The notes under the pieces: model-generated
Told to the model about the DNA's origin: nothing
Database searches by the model: none
The model's input: only the letters and a program-made list of their open reading frames with translations
Translations under genes and position numbers: made by a program
Shown here: in pieces, positions 1 through 11,000 of the stretch
Position numbering within the stretch: position 1 is the first letter of the stretch
Layout of the letters: every line of letters starts with the position of its first letter
Assembly: GCF_963921235.1 (NCBI RefSeq)
Contig: NC_086108.1
Coordinates: 53,198,001-53,262,000, forward strand
From: Mobula hypostoma
Lineage: Eukaryota
DNA: 64,000 bases
Direction of reading: 5' to 3'

Positions 1-1579
1 AAAAGTGGATAAGTCTCTGGGTCCTGACAGGATATTCCCCAGGACCTTGAGGGTAGTTAGTGTGGAAATAGCAGGGGTTTTGACAGAAACATTTCAAATG
101 TCATTAGAAACGGGAATGGTGCCGGAGGATTGGCGTATTGCTCATGTTGTTCCATTGTTTAAAAAGGGTTCTAAGAGTAAACCTAACAATTATCGGCCTA
201 TGAGTTTGACGTCAGTGGTGGGTAAATTGATGGAAAGTATTCTTAGAGATGGTATATATAATTATCTGGATAGACGGGGTCTGATTAGGAACAGTCAACA
301 TGGATTTGTGCGTGTAGGTCATGTTTGACAAATCTTATTGAATTTTTTGAAGAGGTTACTAGGAAAGTTGATGAGGGTAAAGTGATGGATGTTGTCAATA
401 TGGACTTCGGTAAGGCCCTTGACAAGGTTCCACACAGAAGGTTAGTTAGGAAGGTTCAATTGTTAGGTATTAATATTGAAGTAGTAAAATGGATTCAGCA
501 GTGGCTGGATGGGAGACGCCAGAGAGTGGTGGTGGATAACTGTTTGTCAGCGTGGAAGGCGGTGACTAGTGGTGTGCCTCAGCGATCTGTACTGTGTCCA
601 ATGTTGTTTGTCATATACATTAATGATCTGGATGATGGGGTGGTAAATTGGATGAGTAAATATGCAGATGATACTAAGATAGGTGGAGTTGTGGATAATG
701 AAGTAGGTTTTCAAAGCTTGCAGTGAGATTTAGGCCAGTTGGAAGAGTGGGCTGAAGGATGGCAGAGGGAGTTTAATGCTGATAAATGTGAGGTGCTACA
801 TTTTGGTAGGATTAATCAAAATAGGCAATACATGATAAATGGTAGGGCACTGAAGATTGCAGTAGAAAAGAGGGATCTAGGAATAATGGTGCATAGTTCC
901 CTGAAGGTGAAAGTTCATGTGGATAGGGTGGTGAAGAAAGCTTTTGGTATGCTGGCCTTTATAAATCAAAGCATTGAGTATAGGAGTTGGGATATAATGT
1001 TGAAATTGTACAAGGCATTGGTGAGGCCAAATTTGGAGTATTGTGTACAGCTTTGGTGACCGAATTATAGGAAAGATGTCAGCAAAATAGAGTACAGAGA
1101 AGATTTACTAGAATGTTACCTGGGTTTCATCACCTAAGTTACAGAGAAAGGTTGAACAAGTTGGGTCTTTATTCTTTGGAACATAGAAGGTTGAGGGGGT
1201 TATTGATAGAGGTATTTAAAATTATGAGGGGGATAGATAGAGTTGACGTTGATAGGCTTTTTCCATTGAGAGTGGGGGAGATTCAAACATGAGGACATGA
1301 GTTGAGAGTTAAAGGGCAAAAGTTTTGGGGCAACATGAGGGGGAACTTCTTTACTCAGAGAGTGGTAGCTGTATGGAACGAGCTTCCAGCAGAAGTGGTT
1401 GAGGCAGGTTCCATGTTGTCATTTAAAGTTAAATTAGACAGCTATATGGACAGGAAAGGAATGGAGGGTTATGGGCTGAGTGCAGGTCGGTGGGACTAGG
1501 TGAGAGTAAGAGTTCGGCATGAACTAGAAGGGCCGAGATGACCTGTTTCTGTGCTGTAATTATTATATGGTTATATGGT
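1..1579 (+). mobile_element. CR1-clade LINE, 3' part of ORF2 (reverse transcriptase), frameshifted
   Basis: ORF fragments PLFKKG..NYRP.SLTS, SGVPQ.SVL.P.LF.IYINDL, KYADDTKIG; CR1 3' UTR ending in tatatggt repeats. Confidence 0.92.
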
Positions 1580-1910
1580 AAGAGGCTATTCAACCATTTC
1601 AGAAACATTAGGATCATAATCTCATTTAGCATCTTTCTAGAAAGAGGCATTAGATACTGATCATACATGCAATGTCCAACTCTCTGCCTCTTTACTCAAC
1701 TGCGTGTGCCCTGCTGAGAATAGCTGACTCATCTCAAACCTTTTCCTGAATCTGAGAGAGTCATGATTCTTTATCATGCAGCACAATTACCTCTGGGAGG
1801 GCATTGCTAAAAACAGCATCGTTTAATAAATAAACTTCTTATGAAATGTGCATTATAAACAACCCAAGATCCAGCAATCTCTGAATGTATTGTTAATTTA
1901 TTTCCCTCAG

Positions 1911-2000
1911 GTACTTCAATACAAGCAACAATGATCTCAAGTATTGGGGACTTGATTATCCACCTTTAACTGCTTACCACAGTCTGCTTTGTGCATATGT
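1911..2000 (+). CDS. ALG6: ALG6 coding exon (W)[29 protein letters not shown](V)
   Basis: Acceptor tttccctcag, donor gtaagt; 90 nt. Confidence 0.96.
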
Positions 2001-5000
2001 GTAAGTTCATTCTGCTAATAGTAGGGCAGTTTGGTATTTTGCTATTGTTCATCAGAATTCTTCAGTGTAAAATGGGTGTAGCTTTGAGCTCCTGATCAAT
2101 AGCTGACCACTTTCTGCCCTGCAGTGGGAAAGTTCAATAGCATTGACTTTGGTTGAGATTTGGCTCATTCTTGATGTACCTTGATAATAACATTGTCCAA
2201 ATATTACCGTGGGGCGCGATGGTGGCGTAGCGGTTAGCTCGATGCTATTACAGCTGGGGGCGTCTGGGTTCAATCCCAGCTTTCTCGGTAAGGAATTTCT
2301 AGGTTCGTAAAGAGAGCTTTTGGTACATTGGCCTTTATTAATCAAAGTATTGAGTATAAGAGCTGGAATGTTATGATGAGATTGTGTAAGGCATTGGTGA
2401 GGCCGAATCTGGAGTATTGTGTTCAGTTTTGGTCACCAAATTACAGGAAGGATATAAATAAGGTTGAAAGAGTGCAGAGAAGGTTTACAAGGATGTTGCC
2501 GGGACTTGAGAAACTCAGTTACAGAGAAAGGTTGAATAGGTTAGGACTTTATTCCCTGGAGCGTAGAAGAATGAGGGGAGATTTGATAGAGGTATATAAA
2601 ATTATGATGGGTATAGATAGAGTGAATGCAAGCAGGCTCTTTCCACTGAGGCAAGGGGAGAAAAAAACCAGAGGACATGGGTTAAGGGTGAGGGGGTGAA
2701 AGTTTAAAGGGAACATGGGGGGGGGCTTCTTCACACAGAGTGGTGGGAGTATGGAATGAGCTGCCAGACAAGGTGGTAAATGCGGGTTGTTTTTTAACAT
2801 TTAAGAATAAATTGGACAGATACATGGATGGGAGATGTATGGAGGGATATGGTCCGTGTGCAGGTCAGCGGGACTAGGCAGAAAATGGTTCGGCACAGCC
2901 AAGAAGGGCCAAAAGGCCTGTTTCTGTGCTGTAGTTTCTATGGTTCTATACGTCCTCCCTGTGGAATGTGTGGGTTTTCTTCCAGGTCCTCCTGCTTCTT
3001 CCCTCAGTCCAAATACATACTAGCTAGATTAATTGGCCATTGTAAGTAGTTCTGTGTTTAGACTGGGGTTAAATCGGGATTGTCGGAGGCTTGCTGGATG
3101 GTGCGGCTCATAGGGCCGGAAGAGCCTGTTCTGTGCTCTGTCGCTAAGTAAATGTGCAGATGAAGAATAGCTTCGAGTTGTGTTGCAAATGCGCTCCACT
3201 GTAAATTACAAACTAAATGTTGTGTGAAGTTGGTATTCAGGGGTTTTAGAAATTGTTCAGTTCACTTAAACTAGCAGCTTCTAATATTGAGTTAGCAAGT
3301 AGAGAACTTGGCCCTTTGAGGCTGCAGGGCCATTTCCACTCACTCCATTCCATATTCCCGTTCTCTCTTTGCATCTCTTGAAGTGTCTAGAAATCTCTTC
3401 ATCTTCAGGAATATGTGGCGACCTCCACAGCCTTTTGTGTTACAGAGTTACACTTGCTCACCACCCTCTGGTGAAAAAATTTCTTCACCATTGCAGCCCT
3501 AAAGATTCTACCTTGTATCTTTGAACTATAAACACTGGTTCTGGACCTAGACAAACATGCTTCCTGCATTCATTCTCTCTTGGTAGTCAAATTTATGTAT
3601 GTTACAATGAAATCCCCTCTCATTCTTCTAAGCTTGTGAATACAGTCCTAGTGGATCCAGACAGCAACTGATTGCATAAAACCATGCAGGTATGGTCAAT
3701 AGGTTCAGTTGTTCAGTCCAAGCATCAGAATGGGGAAGAAATGTGATCTAAGTGATTTTGATTGTTGGTACCAGATGGGGTGGTTTGAGTAAGTCAGAAA
3801 CTGCTGATTGCTTGGGATTTTCATGCACAGCAGTCTCTAGAGTTTACAGAGAATGCACATCTAATGAGCAGCAGTTCTGTGGGTGAAAGTGCCTTGTTAA
3901 TGAGAGAGGTCAGAGGAGAGTGATCAAACTGGTTGAAGCTGACAGAAAGTCAAATAACCACGCGTTGCAACAATGGAGTGCAGTAGAGCATCTTGGACAC
4001 ACAACACATTGAACCTTGAAGTGGATGAGCTACAGCAGCAGAAGACAACAATGAACATACACACTTTGGCTACTTTATTAGGTACAGGAGGTACTGAATA
4101 AAACGTCCGATGAATGTACACCTTGTATCATATCTATTTTTGATTCTCTAAGCAAGTGCCTTGTGTGAGTTCTTCAATGGTTGATAGCAGTTCAGGCTGC
4201 TGTTTAAAGGTTGGGCACTTGGTTTAAGTTATTGAAGGCCTTCATACCAACAGCTATTTCTTTACTGGAGTAGGAGAAAGAGATATTGGGTATCCTTTCT
4301 TGAGGCTACATATATATAAATATATATATTTATAAAAGTAACAGTTAATTTAATTGTGTGTTTCTTTCTTACTCAGAGCTGAATCAATAAATCCTAAGTG
4401 GATTGCTCTTCGTATGTCTCGTGGGTATGAGAGTCTTGAGCACAAACTATTCATGAGAGCAACAGGTAACTAAGAACTTCAAATCTGGTGGGGCAGGGGA
4501 AGCACAGTGCGGGGGTGGAGAGTGGCAGCTTGCTTCACCAGCAAAGCTCTTTTGTCAGCCTAGGATCTGTTTTGGATGTTAACATTTTCAAAGGTCCTGT
4601 TTGTGCTGTAGTATCAGAAGGGGGTAAAAAAAAAGTGGCACAGTGGTGCGGAGATCAGCTCCGGTGTCAGATCTGATCTTGACTCGGATGCTGTCTGCGT
4701 CGAGTTTGCATGTTCCTCCTGTAACTGTAAGGGGTTCTCCATGATGGTCTGGTTTTGTCTATTGCACCAAAGACATCTTAATTGGTAATGTAATGTGTAT
4801 GGTGCTCGAAACAGGAGGGCATCGGTTTCTGTTCAGAGGTGAGAAATTTAAAAGGAACCTTGGGCAGCTTCTTCATATAAAGGCCAGTGTATACTTGGAA
4901 TAAGCTGCCAGAAGTAGTGGTTGAGGTGGGCCAATTTAGATGTCCAGTTGGACAGGAGGGGTTTTGAGGGCTATGGGCCAAATGCAGGCAGATGGGACAA

Positions 5001-8000
5001 GCTCACTGGGCAACGTAGCTGGCATAGACAGTTGGACTGAAGGGCCTGTCTCCTTTCTGTGTAACTATGACGATATTATCCACAGTGCAGGCTGACGGGT
5101 GGTTGAGGGAAGTGAGAGAAAAGTTATAGGATGAGTATAGATGAGTGCTTCATGGTGAGTGTGGATGTGATGGGTCGAAGGGTCTGTTTCCCTGCTATAT
5201 GACTGCAGCATATTTAGATTTGGGCTGGCACATGTTTGTGTCACATAAATGCCAGGTGATCATCATCCCATACAATAGAAAGTATATCCTGACCTTTGAT
5301 AGGACCTTCCTCATTGTCCTTCAACAACACCTTTTGTCTGGTTATTGACCGATTGTTCTTCAGAACCAGCAACATCAACATCATAACAGTGAGGCCAATG
5401 AAAAAGGTGGACCCTCTGACACGTGGCACATTTTTTGACTGTTATGAACATTTCCACTTTCATGAACTGATAACACATAAAAATTGCCGGTGAATGCAGC
5501 AGGCCAGACAGCATCCATAGGAAGAGGTACAGTCGACGTTTTGGGCCGAGACCCTTCGTCGGGACTAACTGAAAGAAGAGATAGTGAGAGATTTGAGAGG
5601 GGGAGGGGGAGATCTGAAATGATAGGAGAAGACAGGAGAGGGAGGGATGGAGCCAAGAGCTGGAAAGTTGATTGGTAAAAGGGATATGAGAGGATCATGG
5701 GACGGGAGGTCTAGGGAGAAAGAAAGGGGGAGGGGGGAAGCCCAGAGGATGGGCAAGCAGTATAGTGAGAGGGACAGAGGGAGAAAAATGAGAGAGAGAG
5801 AGAGAGAAAAAAAAAAATTAATAATAAATAAATAAATAACGGATGGGGTACGAAGGGGAGCTGGGCCATTAACAGAAGTTAGAGAAGTCAATGTTCATGC
5901 CATCAGGTTGGAGGCTACCCAGATGGAATATAAGGTGTTCCTCCAACCTGAGTGTGGCTTCATCTTGACAGTAGAGGAGGCCTTGGATAGACATATCGGA
6001 ATGGGTCATGGAATTAAAATGTGTGGCCACTGGGAGATCCTGCTTTCTCTGGCGGACAGAGCATAGGTGTTCAGCAAAACGGTCTCCCAGCCTGCGTTGG
6101 GTCTCGCCAATACATAGAAGGCCGCATCGGGAGCACCAGACACAGTATATCACCCCAGCCAACTCACAGGTGAAGTGTTGCCTCACCTGGAAGGACTGTC
6201 TGGGGCCCTGAATGGTGGTAAGGGAGGAAGTGTAAGGGCATGTGTAGCACTTGTTCTGCTTACAAGGATAAGTGCCGGGAGGGAGATCGGTGGGAAGGGA
6301 AGCGGGGGGGGGGGAACGAATGGACAACTGGTAGCTGTTTAATTACACAGGCTTTATGCATGTTTTGCCCTTCGTTGTTTGGGCCGCCAAATTATCAAAC
6401 GAAGACGTGCTCAGATCAGATTGTCAATGCCAGAAGTGGAATATCGGATATCCACAAATTTGTACAGAACACCTGGTAGTGACTGATATTCCTTGGGCAT
6501 CTTATGGCTTAAACATGTGAATGACAAAGATGGAAATGTGTTTGTGTATGAAAATTAAGTACAGTGGATTCCAGTTAATTGGGACATGTCAGGAGCAGTA
6601 TGTTGTGGCCAAATTAAGTGGCTGCGCCAATTATTCAGTTTCTTGGAAATAGTTTAAAAAGGTATTAACAAGACAAACCACCATTTAACTGAGTAACAGA
6701 TGCATTTAAATGAAACACAGACCAAATTAGAGCAGTACTAATATTTCTGCAATACTATGAAACTGTAGTGGTTCGTAATGGAGGAATTCATGAGTATACG
6801 CTGGCATTGTACTCGATTGGTAAACTATCCATTCTTAGCCCCTTAAAGCATCAAGGTTTAATGCTTTTCCCAATAATCAACGATTTCTTGTTATCAGTTC
6901 CTGACGTATTTGAACAACGCAGCACAGTTATGCGATCCATTGCTTTATTTTGAACCTGATTATGTTGGTGTTTGTAGCAAAAGGAATCATCCAGTATGGC
7001 ATGATTTTTTTTAAAAAAAAAAGGTCTGTTTCGTTGGCATTGTAGATGTCATCTGCACAAAATTTTTGAAGCAAGTTGGGGAATTTGCAGATTTCTATGT
7101 TTCTGCACTTATAGCATCAATACTACCTTTCTCACCACGTGCTTTCTTGAATTTAATGTGGTGTCCACATTTCCATTGGGATAACCAACGATCTGTTGCT
7201 TTAAAATCTTTGTGGCCCAGCTTCCTAGCTAACTCCTCTGACTTGTTTTTTGATATTGGTCCACTGACACGCACAACTCGTCCAGTTATAATGGAAAGCC
7301 ATTGATTGAGACCCTTTTCAACATCTGGATCTTCACCTTTACATTTTCATTTTAGGGATGTTCTTTGTTGTCCCTCTCATAATGCCCATTCTTCTCACAG
7401 TTTATCTTGCTGATGTATCAAGTGTGCAATTGTAGATTTCGGCAATCCAGTTATCTATTCCAAGTGATGATAAGTGGTGTTGGGCGGATAACTTTTAATT
7501 TGGTCCGGTAGGGTATCTTTTTCCGCTAGTGTCACATTTTTTTTGTGGCAAGAGTCTCTACAATTTATTTTTAACGTCAAAATTAAAGAAAACTAAAATT
7601 AAAAAAGAAATAATAAATAACAAATAGGAAATAAATATCGAGAACATGAGATGAAGAGTCATTGAAAGTGAGTCCACAGGCTCTGGGAGCATTTCAGTGA
7701 TTGGGCAAGTGAAGTTGAGTAAAATTATCCCCTTTGCTTCAAGAGCCAGATGGCTAAAGGGTAATAATTGTTCCTGAACCTGGTGATGTGAGCTCTGAGG
7801 CTCCTGTACCACCTTCCTGATGGCAGCAGCGAGAAGAGAGCATGTCCTGGGTGGTGGGGGTCCCTGATGACAGGTGTTGCTTTTCTGCAGCAATGCTTTG
7901 TACAGATGTGCTCAATGGTGGAGAGAGCTTCACATGTGATTAACTGGGCCACATCCACTACTTTTTGTAGGATTTTCCATTCAACGACATTGGTGTTTCT

Positions 8001-11000
8001 ATACCAGGTTGTGATGCAGCCAGTCAATATACTCTCCACTACACACTGCAAACTCCTAAGGAAGTAGAGGCGCTGCCATGCTTTCTTTGTGATTGCACTT
8101 GTGTGCTGGGCCCAGGGCTGGTCCTCCAAATTAATAACATCGAGGAATTTAAAGTTGCTCTCCCTCTCCATCTCTGATCCTCTGATGCAGGTTGGGTCAT
8201 GGACCTTTAGTTTCCTCCTCCAGAAATCAATAATCAGCTCATTGGTCTGCTGACATTGAGTAAGAGGTTGTTGTTGTGGCACCACTCAGCCAGCTGTTCA
8301 ATCTGGGTCCATCTATATCAAGATCTGGATGATAAGGTGGTAAACCGGGCCAGCAAATTTGCCGATGACACTAAGATTGGTGGTGTAGTGGACAATGAGG
8401 AAGACTATCGAAGCTTGAAGCAGGATCTGGATCAGCTGGACAAATAGGGTGATAAATGACAGATGGAATTTAATGCAGACTAGTGCGAAGTGTTGCACTT
8501 TCGGAGGACCAACCAGGATAGTTCTTACACAGTGAGTGAGGAGTGTGTTGGAACCGATCTGGGAATATAGATCCATAATTCCTTGAAAGTCGCGTCACAT
8601 GTAGGGTCATAGACAAATCCAGTGGCTCATTGGCCTTCATAAATCAACGTGCTAAACACAGGAATTAGGATGTTATCGTTTAAATTGTATAAGATGTTGG
8701 CAAGGCCTAATTTGGAGTATTGTGTGCAATTTTGGTCACTTACCTGCAGGAAAGATGTAAATAAGATTGAAAGAGTGCAGAGAAAATTTACAAGGTTGTT
8801 GCCAGGACTTGACGACCCAAGTTATAGGGAAAGGTTGAATTGGTTAGGACTCTGTTCCCTGGAACATAGAAGATTGAGGGAGATTTGATAGAGGTGTACA
8901 AAATTATGAGGGGTATAGATAGGGTAAATGCAAGTAGGCATTTACCACTGAGGTTAGGTGGAACTATAACTAGAGATCATGCGTTAAGAGTGGAAGATGA
9001 AATGTTTAAGGGGAACATGAGGTGAAACTTCTTCTCTCAGAGGGCGGTGAAAGTGTGGAACGAGCTGCCAACGCAAGTGGTGGATGCGATTAAGATTTTA
9101 ATGTTTGAGAGATGTTTGGATAGGTACATGGATGGGAAGGGTATGGAGGGTGATGCTCCAAGTGGAGGTCAGTGGGACTAGGCAATTTAAATGGGCTGGC
9201 ATGGACTATATGGGCCAAAGGGCCTGTTGTTCTGTAGTTTTTTTTAAGATTATGACTCTATTAAGTTGATTTAAAAGTACATTGCTTAAAGAGAAGTTAT
9301 ATGCTTCAGATTGCAGTGATAGTAATTCAAAAGATGTATGTGTACAAGTATTATAAGTAGCCTGCAGACTGTCACCATGGTTCACTGGCACCATCTTGCA
9401 AAATGAGGTCCAAATGGATAACATAATATAAGCATGTGCAACTGATGCAACTGTTCATTCTAAGCACAGTGTAGTGTCTTAACAGCCTCACAAGTACATG
9501 TGCCTAACCGTTTCTTGTCCCAATTAGGCAGAACGGTGTCCCAAATAAATGAAGGGAATCCCAGCTATGTTCTCGATTTGTTTAAGAGTTGTTCCAAATA
9601 ATTGGCTGCCCCAGTTAACCAGAATCCACCGTACATGGGGAAAGTCACAAAACTGTATACTCATCATAATAAGGAATAAAAAAAAAACAGCTTTGTGGAA
9701 GCTATGCAGTTCTGATGGTTGTGGATTAATTCTTATGAAGTCAAGTGTTGTGCGGCTTCTGCTTTTGTAGATGAGGGAGAAATGTGTATGTTACTGTCAG
9801 CCATAGTCTCAGACTGAACGTTTTACTGCAGCACCCTCTGTCGAAAGTCTTAGATCAACTTTCATTAACACCTGTTCAGTGGGGATCTTGAGAATTCTGC
9901 TGGTCATGTGGACATAGAACTCAGATGGTGTAACACAGTGAAACCCTTCATCCCACAATGTTGTACTGACCTTGTAACGTTCTCCAAGATCAATATAAAC
10001 CAGGGGTCCATGGACTCCTTGCTTAATGGTATTGGTCCATGGCATCAAAATCATTGGGAACCCTTGGTGTAAACCTTCCCTTCCAAATTGCCCTCCATTT
10101 TTCTTTCTTCTATGTGTCTATCTAAGAGTCACAAGTATCCTTAATGTATCTGCCTCTACCACAATCCCTAGCAATGTGTTGTATTCACTTACTGCTTTAA
10201 AAAAAACCTCTGACAGCCCCCCGAACTTAAATTACTTTAAGTTGTGTCCGCTCATATTAACCACTGCTGCCATGGGGAAAAAGGTGCTGGCTGTCCACTC
10301 AACCTACCCTTTTTATCATCCTCTGAGAACAGAACAGCGCAGCATATTCGCCCGTTCTACGAGGGGTGATTGATAAGTTCCTGGCCTAAGGTAGAAGGAG
10401 TCAATTTTAGAAAACCAAGCACATTTATTTTTCAACATAGTCCCCTCCTACAGGTATACACTTAGTCCAGCAGTCTTGGAGCACATATGGATCCCTTCTT
10501 TGTAGAAGTGGTCCACAGCAGGGGTGATGGATAAGTTTTTGGCCTAAGGTAGAAGGAGATGAAATATTAACTTCAAACTTTCTGCATTATCACTCAAAGA
10601 GTTGAACTGGACGTGCACATAACAAGAGCATCTTGGACCTCCAGGTGGTCCACAGCAGGGGTGATTGATAAGTTTGTGGCCTAAGATAGAAGGAGATGAG
10701 TTATACAGCTCTTGTTACATGCACGTGCAGTTCAACTCTGAGTGAAAATGCAGAAAGTTTGAAGTTAATACTCATCTCCTTCTTCCTTAGGCCACAAACT
10801 TATCAATCACCACTGCTGTGGACTGCTTTCTGGAGGTCCAGAACGCCAACTTCTACAAAGAAGGGATCCATATGCTCCACGACCGCTGGAATAAGTGTGT
10901 AAATGTAGGAAAAATAAATGTGCTAAGTATTCTAAAATTGACTCCTTCTACCTTAGGCCATGAATTTATCAATCACCCCTCGTAGTACTAACTTCATACT

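Larger units (their letters stand above)
6562..9631 (-). mobile_element. Pogo/Tigger-type DNA transposon containing two LINE insertions
   Basis: TIRs cagtggattccagttaattggg / cccagttaaccagaatccaccg with TA on both sides. Decayed CENP-B-like transposase on - strand ([42 protein letters not shown]). Confidence 0.85.

Noticed and set aside
2211..2280. tRNA-like sequence with A and B boxes
   Set aside because: It is the head of a SINE and does not form a complete cloverleaf.
4290..4298. GTATCCTTT, a U12-like donor motif
   Set aside because: It lies inside an ordinary GT-AG intron with no exon ending there; a similar motif occurs by chance in CR1 near 22573.
10360..10982. Spaced repeats of about 40 bp, superficially like a CRISPR array
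   Set aside because: Vertebrate intron, mixed repeat orientations, TA-flanked TIRs and no cas genes; explained by a mariner-type MITE.
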